From IMG/VR virus record IMGVR_UViG_3300027747_003046, positions 14,418 through 78,417 of that record: 64,000 nucleotides of DNA. One strand, given 5' to 3'. A program made the translations under genes and the position numbers. Origin of the DNA: a virus. Shown here piece after piece: positions 57,401-64,000 of the stretch (position 1 is its first letter; each line of letters opens with the position of its first letter). The notes under the pieces are model-generated. The model saw only the letters and a program-made list of their open reading frames with translations. It was not told the origin of the DNA and did no database searches.

Positions 57401-59452
57401 GAGCGTTCTGTTTCAAAACAGGTAGTTGTATCGCCTCTTGGTGTTACTGCGTCATATTTAGCTATTCCATTGAATTCCAAAGCGAGTTTTGAATCACTAA
57501 TTTTTCCCGAGAGTTTCATACCCACCAAAACAAATCTCACTTCTTCATTTAATGTATATTGGGATAATACAGCAACAGATATAGAAGAATTTTTTAATCA
57601 AACGATTTCCGATACTTTACTTAATATTAAAATAGATTCCAATTCAAAGCCAGATAAATTTTTTGGTGATATAGGAAGATATTGGAAAAGCACCATTCCA
57701 TTTGCTTTCTTAAAAAATGATAGCGTTATAGATCCATCTTATAGTATGGCTATGAGTAATTTCTTGGCCGAAATTCCACGCTTCTTTTTAAAGAATGGTT
57801 CTATGAATGTTTTCAAAAGTGCTGAAGTAAGAGACTGGAAAACATTCGAAATAGGTAAGAAATATTATTTTGATCTCAAAATGAAAAAATCATCAGACTT
57901 GGTGATGATGGAAGCTTATAGATCCGACAATCATATAACTGGTGCAAATCAAATAGAAAAAACTTTTAATGGTAGATATTTCGGTTGGCCAGTTAGCAAA
58001 GTATCTGGAACAAGAACTGCCGACGACGATTATGTCATACATAACGATCCGGCATATGCTCCATTTACACCTCCATACTTTGAAGGTGAAGCAACATTAA
58101 GATTTGAATTAACGCCAACTTCCGCATCCTACAAATCCGTAAATGATTTGCGTAATGATATATTTCTCATAAATATATTTGATCAACTAGGAAAAGCAAT
58201 AGATACTGGCTCTGAAGCTTATAGGAACAAAATGTCTATACAGGATTGTATGGAAGTTTTTGGTATTGGTTTGAATCCAATTACAACATTTGATGGACCA
58301 AACAGCCCAAATAGTTATCAGCAGCTACCAGATCCTTTAAAAGAATACTGGGCCATTTCACCAAAATTAGAAACACCTGTATTGGATTTTAGTGATCAAG
58401 AATTTGTTGATCATACGGGTTCTTATTGGGTTTCAAGTGGCTATGGACGCGGTATGTGGAGTGGTTATGGAAAAATTCCAACTGGCTCAAAAGGTATAAC
58501 AATTGAAATAGCAGAAAGTTTTCCACTACAAACAAATCTACGAACTAATTCGGGTATCGAAAATCTTAAAACAGGCTCTCTATTGAGGCAAGTAGGTTTT
58601 ACTTCCGAAAAAGCCAAAATTGGTCAATTAGCAGAAAAGAAAACAATATCAGAAGCAATTGTAATGATTCCTTACGTCGATAAACCGATACCGGGCGTTA
58701 CAACTTTTGTAGACAATCACCACTTTTTTGCTGTAAATAAAGAAATTTACAATACTCTTAAAGATGCGGCAGACAAAGGAATTCCCGCTCAAATACCAAA
58801 CGAAATGATAGGATATGAAAGTTCAGTTACCAAGATGATTAAAGGTATGGGTGAATATGTTATTCCTCCTGCGTTTAACTTCTTAAAATATGAAAATATT
58901 GATCCATTTGTAATGTATATGTTTGAATTCAAGCACGATCTAGATCAGCAGGATTTGGCTGATATTTGGCAAGGTGTTATGCCAAAAATAGCTATGAATG
59001 CCGAGCACGATGTATTAGAATTTGAACACAAAGTTGGCCAATTCGAACTATTTGGCGAAAACTTTACGCCACCAGAAAATATGCGCTGGTTGGTTTTTAA
59101 GGTTAAGAAAAAGGCCGAATGGAATTACTTTGCTATTACAGAAAACATTGGCGACGATCAGAACTTTAAATTTAAGTTCTCAAACAGCCAAGAAGCAAAA
59201 ACACCAGACTATAGCTATAACTGGCCATACGATTACTTCTCCCTTGTTGAATTGGCGAAAGTGGATGTTTCTTTGACCTATGATGAAAAGCCACAATTCA
59301 GTGGTTCACTACAAACAGATATTAATTTAAATCAATTTGCTGTTGGTAATATACCAGATTTTACTGATTTAAATATTACTGGAGAAGAACCGCGCAGAAG
59401 ACGTTCTGGTAGGCATCAAAAAGCTGGCAGTATGCTTGGTAAAAAGAAGTAA
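54413..59452 (+). CDS. Large (1679 aa) putative structural protein
   Basis: Uninterrupted ORF, GAGG SD, within tail module. Confidence 0.6.
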   Translation: MSDFNRRGKLPFQVVSSSVNTGYNAELTAAVGHNIEIVNQHRDEYGGLQDSPLQGPFTQQWTGGNQHRHIPLNDGTDDSSNRPEAFLISGSTDKVRVYGPAHFDEKAPKALFTRDNAAKSPLNIKNVKDTDKNLGNFSHNYQVVQTSGRDINQSLIENNLTASGVLTTKFVKGVEEYSLPDLTNDHNKTVFVERFSSPGDPKESSRGALDRESEQYAPNNSLTTRNISVRQKYNSQLTQHAAQFNSGSTEGVTVHAVNRNPIKNIELSGSTYITASDYDNFWVQHAIPSTDLRYSWIAESVVDTGSVIQYQNPYDSEELVFNSSSFVISGSNKHFAVDNAGINSLIKDKKSVDLITNTFNVSSSVKLSASFSEIANTPYGFSIWKQVRTGEHPVVRKLRENNVLSLEGIKSKVINGTQTISKRSDSVRNYIEPPVTSKFKPLKQTLELKGSNEKYEFIFTHNNNLSTFVSEEVLDYLGIKEDSQQTYDLLRKYYSDPNRTTNTQNPVNGLKQYTYSETLYPREVNAYLAETRARTQYILDQAGTGSRDGYDIQLGTQRAFWRDRLEDRKRSNSGFYNSMNYLITQSAFYSTDYAWGWNPQLNLPNPPLMTYELIKNIDYVTENQLNSIKLFDNNLANQAKNLGDARTIINFETSSGDNILAIMIKNNGCNGELNGEIFFDYYYTSSIQPIKSQLTRVTDMSVLLQFDNQITGSYGSLSSIKEMAKKPRVNYLAFLGGFESGSRDYGNSTPSAEIYDYDFYSIQPTGDILSTLDSGLRYASESFGDKKPWFDSYEKYSDDIRSHAKDHSVLPEFRISSNIPFYVTQNGGNFRTKNSSYLELDGVGQNYRSSLTASNIKYNKEFIDSYTTTDVLNNEVIQQENSNLSKLQNIKFTVSGIKKLLPYNGFYPQERTIQLANLFNNYMDNNVGGGFFRINGDGNYTQILVDLTQSSDLFAKNTIMPYYFAPGILYNTIKSGISVNFPSVTASYSQLSIQSEERSVSKQVVVSPLGVTASYLAIPLNSKASFESLIFPESFIPTKTNLTSSFNVYWDNTATDIEEFFNQTISDTLLNIKIDSNSKPDKFFGDIGRYWKSTIPFAFLKNDSVIDPSYSMAMSNFLAEIPRFFLKNGSMNVFKSAEVRDWKTFEIGKKYYFDLKMKKSSDLVMMEAYRSDNHITGANQIEKTFNGRYFGWPVSKVSGTRTADDDYVIHNDPAYAPFTPPYFEGEATLRFELTPTSASYKSVNDLRNDIFLINIFDQLGKAIDTGSEAYRNKMSIQDCMEVFGIGLNPITTFDGPNSPNSYQQLPDPLKEYWAISPKLETPVLDFSDQEFVDHTGSYWVSSGYGRGMWSGYGKIPTGSKGITIEIAESFPLQTNLRTNSGIENLKTGSLLRQVGFTSEKAKIGQLAEKKTISEAIVMIPYVDKPIPGVTTFVDNHHFFAVNKEIYNTLKDAADKGIPAQIPNEMIGYESSVTKMIKGMGEYVIPPAFNFLKYENIDPFVMYMFEFKHDLDQQDLADIWQGVMPKIAMNAEHDVLEFEHKVGQFELFGENFTPPENMRWLVFKVKKKAEWNYFAITENIGDDQNFKFKFSNSQEAKTPDYSYNWPYDYFSLVELAKVDVSLTYDEKPQFSGSLQTDINLNQFAVGNIPDFTDLNITGEEPRRRRSGRHQKAGSMLGKKK

Positions 59453-59469
59453 ATTGTTGTAATTAGTGT

Positions 59470-60510
59470 ATGACCTTTTTTGACGCGAAAGAAGAAGTAA
59501 TTGATATTGAGCTAACTCAATATGGAAAGCAATTGCTTTCTAAGGGTAAATTCAAACCAGTATACTATCAATTTTTTGATGATGATGTAATTTATGATAA
59601 CCAGTATGCCGGTTCAACAGACGAATTACAACGAGATATCCAAACTCGTATTAAAGAATCTCCAAGAACGCATGTTCAATATACTTTTGTCAGTCCAGAG
59701 GGCGAACTGAAAAGAGCAGTTGAACAAGTCAGAAATAATAAAAAAGGTAGCTTTTCTGACGTATATGTTCCATATGTTTTGAAGCATAGAGTCATGTCGG
59801 CCCCTTTGGCAAGCGCAGAAATAGGTCAACAAAAAAAACCTGCCTGGAACATACGTTCTTATGGTAACGACTTTAGCGATACAAAAACCTATATTACTGG
59901 TACATACGCCAATATAAAAATGCCACGTCTAGCTCTTAAAGATGTTGAATTTAAAATAGCAACATCAGTTGATAAAAGTGGTGAAATTTATGCTCCTGGT
60001 GACGTAGGAGACACGGTAGCGACTGTTCCGTTCAAGGCAACTAGTGATTTGAATATATTGTCTTCAAAATTTCAAGATAATTCTTATATACAAATTGAAG
60101 AAGGTTATATACTTTTAGATTTACAAGAAATCAATTCACAATTTCAGCAAGAAAATTTTGAAATAGAATTATACGAAATAACTGCCAACGAACAGCAAGA
60201 AGAACAACTTAAGCAGCTCTTTTTTAATAAAAGGAGCCAGGATATAGTTAATAATATTTTGGTAGATTCTTCGCAACAATTAACTGATTACAAACCAAAT
60301 AGAGTTGACATGGCTGAATCGTATTTCGTTATACAAGCCGATAGAGAGATTAGTTCTGAAATTTTATGTAAAAATCTAACAGAAGCTGACAAACAAACGC
60401 TTGTAGCAACAAATCAAATTGATTTAGAATGTGAAGAATTATATGGTAAATTAACCGATCCTCGTATCAAGAGCGATGTTAAGCCAGAAGACCTATTGGA
60501 GAAATGCTGA
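59470..60510 (+). CDS. Putative structural protein
   Basis: IDIELTQYGKQLLSKG...FFDDDVIYD N-terminal motif. Confidence 0.6.
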   Translation: MTFFDAKEEVIDIELTQYGKQLLSKGKFKPVYYQFFDDDVIYDNQYAGSTDELQRDIQTRIKESPRTHVQYTFVSPEGELKRAVEQVRNNKKGSFSDVYVPYVLKHRVMSAPLASAEIGQQKKPAWNIRSYGNDFSDTKTYITGTYANIKMPRLALKDVEFKIATSVDKSGEIYAPGDVGDTVATVPFKATSDLNILSSKFQDNSYIQIEEGYILLDLQEINSQFQQENFEIELYEITANEQQEEQLKQLFFNKRSQDIVNNILVDSSQQLTDYKPNRVDMAESYFVIQADREISSEILCKNLTEADKQTLVATNQIDLECEELYGKLTDPRIKSDVKPEDLLEKC

Positions 60511-63500
60511 TGAATTTAACAAACGAAGATATAGTTGGTTCACTTTTACCAAATGTTTACATTTCCAGAATAATTCTACAATCAATCGATCACGACAAAT
60601 TGACTGCTAATGTTCAGTTTGTTCTAAAAGAAACATATGGTAACGATGATATATCTTCATGGCTCGAAGATAGCGAAGTTTTGAGATATTTAAAAATATT
60701 TGTCATCCAAAGTGCCGACGAAGAACTTACAAAAAATGTACAACAGTATTTTAATGGGATAGAAGGTAGAACATTTTTTCTAACTCAGCAGACTTTCGAA
60801 CAATATAAAGATTTTTTGTCAGCAGCTGGCAAGCTAAAAAACGTAAATGATTTAATTTATAGACAAATTGATTTATTTGAACTTTTTAATTCTCAATTTA
60901 CGATTCAAGCAAGACGCTCCATTCATGAACTGGAGAGGCTTGGTATAGCTGAAAAAGTAGATAATGATGATGGTTCTCAATCATATAACATTTATATGAA
61001 TGTTGATTTTACAAATGGATTAGATGAAAATCCAAAACATTTAAGTTATATTTTTGGAACAATGTACGACATAAGTTCATTGCCATTAATTAAGGAATTA
61101 GAAATTACTGAGATGGATAGATCTGTTGTAGTTGGAGAATTAACGGCAGAAACTGTAATATCAGAAGGTGAAGTTCAGCAGACTACATTTATCTACACCG
61201 ATGAACAAGGAAATATATGGCCAGGACCAATACACTTGGCCACCAAAAATGGTGTAGAGTTTTATAGATCAGGCCAGACAGAGAGTGCTGATTCATTTGA
61301 TTTATTAAAAGTTGAAATAGAAAACAATAAAGTACAAGATTTTAGAGAAATAAAGAGAAGTACCGATAGCTTTAAATTGGATCTTGTGCCATCGACTTTG
61401 CTGGCTGCTTTTGAAGAAGTTAATTTACAAAAAGAACTTTTCGTAGAAGGATATCGCTCTTCAATATCAACCGGTTATTTGTCGGTCGATAATTCAAAAA
61501 ACGTTTCTATCAGTTTCTTTATCGATTTTAAAAAGATGTTTATAAATAACTCAATTTATGGGCAAGTCTTATCTAAAATAAACAATACCACAGCCAAATC
61601 GCTTATAGATTCTTTTTATCAATTTGGTTCGCTAGAATCTGTTGTTCTATACGCAAAAAGAGTCGATATTGATGATTCTTTATCCGTAGAAAAGCAAACG
61701 GAAAAGATTGTTGCTGAATATTATGGTATATCGCAAATAGAGGAGCTAGATAGGCCAATTGTTTTACCAGATATTGACGCCAGAAAAATGAGACAACTGC
61801 ATATGTTTTCTGTTGTCGATAGTAAAACCGAGAAAGAAGGGACGTACAAATATTTTCTAGAAGTAGAATATAAAGATGGTGTTGTTGAAAATTTAGCTGG
61901 CTTGATAACCAGACTAAAAGAAGAGCAAAACTTTTTTAATGCCTATTATTTACAGGCATCATCACCTGCTATCTTTAATAGCATAACAAATCGTTTTATA
62001 AAAGATGCCTTTTCTGATTTTTCTGAAATTCCTGCTTATGATTTTTCTTTTCACGGAAGAACGTTCTTGACGGTAGCTAACAAGCTTTTTTCTTACATTT
62101 ATGGTTCAGATCTAGAAATGGTTACTGGACAAAAGTCACCCATCAAGATCGATCGTTTGAGAAAGACAATATCCAGATGGTTAAATCCATCTCTAGGAAC
62201 ACCAGAATCTTTTTCGTTTGTTGTAAAACTATACGATCAGATGATTAAAACGCTCGAAAATACTATTTCATCAATACCGTTCGTTAATAATAGTTTAAAT
62301 GAAAAAAACGAAGGTATACCAGTAGCAGACAACAAGACGTTATCAACTTCAAAAGTTATCAAAATAAGAAGGAATCTGCAAGCAACTGTTGATTTTGAAA
62401 ATAGCTATATGTTTGATTACCTGAATCATACGAAGCCAGATAATACAACTCTTGGAAATTCTACTCCATTTTTATATGAAGTTTTGAAAACCGACTTGGT
62501 TTCAAAAAAAATGGATTTTAATAAAAATTTAACAAAAGTTAGAAATGTTAATGAACAAAATGTATTAATGTTTAATAACTTGTACGATATTATTTCAGAT
62601 CTGGCAGATATTCAAATAACAAAAAAGACACAAATACAAATTCCAAATGCCAATAGAGTACAGGATTTGGCAAGAGCGATAGAACCTTTCAACTCATCTA
62701 TTTTGAATAATCCGACAAATCCTGTTTCAAATGCTTCTTTCGATCTTAACGATAAGAAGACATTGAATACATTATTTTTATCGATTCTAAATACAACTGT
62801 CGATAAATCGGGACAAAATATAGAATTTATATTTGACTCTTCAAGAGTAGAAAATATATATTGGGATATTCAGCCCGAAAAAGCAAACTCAAGCAAGGGC
62901 AACGTTTTTGACCAAATTGCCAATAATGTATCTGATAAGAATTTGATTATTACTGACTTATTCAAAGAATCCAGAATGACGGTTGAAGATGCTAAAGCTC
63001 TTCCAAATCAAATAAAATCTCTTATTAAATTAAAAATTGATTCACCAGATGTTATTAAGGGAGATGCCGAAATTCGTTTTAAATTTGAGATGCTCAAGCA
63101 AATAAAATTTATTTCCGGGTTTGGATATGACGCATCCAGAGAAGTTTTTGATCTAGGAAATGCTACTTGGAAAATATTGGATGGACTTGCCGCCATACAG
63201 ACACAAACTCCGGGAGCCTTATTTTGTAAATTAATCGACTATACAAATAAGAAGATTAATTATAATTTTAATCAAGCATTAAAAGAAGCTGTTATAAATG
63301 AGTGTTTCTTTATCAATAATCAACAGACAGATGACTTTGGCTTAATTAAAACTGGCGCCACACAAATAAGTCTAGAAAGATTTGAGCAGCGTTGTGTGAA
63401 GGAGCTACAAATATTTTTTAATGGACAAGATACACCAAAAGTCGATTATTTTATTGATGGAAAAAATATTTTGGCCACAGATTCTTATCTGAATTCAAAA

Positions 63501-63821
63501 TATTCCTATCTTTCGCCATATGCGGTTCAATTTGACAATAAATATAGAGTAGTTAATTATCACGAAAGCATAACAGAAGAAGATTTTACACCCATACAAA
63601 CATCAGAAGGTATTGGTGGCCGTGGTTCTAGAAGATTACCCAATCTGTCAATAGGTGCCGCCATATACACACCAACAGATGACAATTTAGAAGTCAAAAT
63701 ACCGTCTATCGCAAGTGTTTTGGACAGACAAAAATTACCAGAAGCCGTAAGAAACAAGTTATTAAAAATTAAGAATCCAGCCTCTTTGGCTATTTATAGT
63801 AGAAATACAATATTAAGGTAA
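60504..63821 (+). CDS. Large (1105 aa) putative structural protein
   Basis: Uninterrupted ORF. Confidence 0.6.
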   Translation: MLMNLTNEDIVGSLLPNVYISRIILQSIDHDKLTANVQFVLKETYGNDDISSWLEDSEVLRYLKIFVIQSADEELTKNVQQYFNGIEGRTFFLTQQTFEQYKDFLSAAGKLKNVNDLIYRQIDLFELFNSQFTIQARRSIHELERLGIAEKVDNDDGSQSYNIYMNVDFTNGLDENPKHLSYIFGTMYDISSLPLIKELEITEMDRSVVVGELTAETVISEGEVQQTTFIYTDEQGNIWPGPIHLATKNGVEFYRSGQTESADSFDLLKVEIENNKVQDFREIKRSTDSFKLDLVPSTLLAAFEEVNLQKELFVEGYRSSISTGYLSVDNSKNVSISFFIDFKKMFINNSIYGQVLSKINNTTAKSLIDSFYQFGSLESVVLYAKRVDIDDSLSVEKQTEKIVAEYYGISQIEELDRPIVLPDIDARKMRQLHMFSVVDSKTEKEGTYKYFLEVEYKDGVVENLAGLITRLKEEQNFFNAYYLQASSPAIFNSITNRFIKDAFSDFSEIPAYDFSFHGRTFLTVANKLFSYIYGSDLEMVTGQKSPIKIDRLRKTISRWLNPSLGTPESFSFVVKLYDQMIKTLENTISSIPFVNNSLNEKNEGIPVADNKTLSTSKVIKIRRNLQATVDFENSYMFDYLNHTKPDNTTLGNSTPFLYEVLKTDLVSKKMDFNKNLTKVRNVNEQNVLMFNNLYDIISDLADIQITKKTQIQIPNANRVQDLARAIEPFNSSILNNPTNPVSNASFDLNDKKTLNTLFLSILNTTVDKSGQNIEFIFDSSRVENIYWDIQPEKANSSKGNVFDQIANNVSDKNLIITDLFKESRMTVEDAKALPNQIKSLIKLKIDSPDVIKGDAEIRFKFEMLKQIKFISGFGYDASREVFDLGNATWKILDGLAAIQTQTPGALFCKLIDYTNKKINYNFNQALKEAVINECFFINNQQTDDFGLIKTGATQISLERFEQRCVKELQIFFNGQDTPKVDYFIDGKNILATDSYLNSKYSYLSPYAVQFDNKYRVVNYHESITEEDFTPIQTSEGIGGRGSRRLPNLSIGAAIYTPTDDNLEVKIPSIASVLDRQKLPEAVRNKLLKIKNPASLAIYSRNTILR

Positions 63822-63825
63822 TATA

Positions 63826-64000
63826 ATGGCAATAACTGGCATTGAAAGTCCTCCTACGGCAAACGCAGAGATGTTAGCAAACGCTACATCTTCCATACTT
63901 CAATTAATGACTGCCGATTTGATTTCTGGTAGTCGCATATATGAATCGGATATGTTGGTCGAAGAATCGACGGTATCTGAATTGGGCTACCCGCAGCTGC
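63826..64000 (+). CDS. Partial CDS running off the window end
   Basis: ATG 63826 (MAITGIESPP...), open to window end; CTATTTA at 63790-63796. Confidence 0.55.
   Translation, partial: MAITGIESPPTANAEMLANATSSILQLMTADLISGSRIYESDMLVEESTVSELGYPQL

Overview
This is a 64-kb AT-rich segment of a large myovirus-type (jumbo, distantly T4-like) bacteriophage in the standard genetic code, with almost all genes on the + strand. Six blocks run from left to right. (1) 0.2-16.7 kb: accessory enzymes (atypical protein kinase, UvsE, Nudix, DEDDh exonuclease, zincin, ligase-like/HxGH nucleotidyltransferase fusion). Many carry related N-terminal leaders and (L/I)xE-rich linkers that suggest prohead-protease-processed cargo packaged in the head. 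(2) About 13.05-13.4 kb: a GATC-saturated, palindromic, AT-rich intergenic locus (candidate replication origin) next to a Fis-type HTH gene. (3) 13.9-22.2 kb: a dispersed cluster of 9 tRNAs, including rare Ile(UAU) and Ser(ACU), interleaved with three free-standing endonuclease genes, dCMP deaminase and a SPOUT (TrmH/TrmL-like) methyltransferase. (4) 22-27 kb: serine protease, PIN-PhoH, Cas4-like nuclease and a fourth endonuclease. (5) 27.3-36.5 kb: a 9-gene glycosylation island (GT4, GT4-GT2, GT47, GT11-like, two FkbM, fcl, gmd). Its first gene is split by a 279-nt group I intron that the ORF track misses. (6) 37.2-64 kb: a gp55-like late sigma factor followed by the baseplate/tail module (M15 peptidase, gp25, gp6, LamG and very large structural proteins). 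Two promoter classes are visible: sigma70-like TTGACA-N17-TA(A/G)(G/A)(A/C)T and a recurrent aCTA(T/A/G)TTA motif, the putative late promoter. All family assignments come from motif recognition by eye; no database searches were run.
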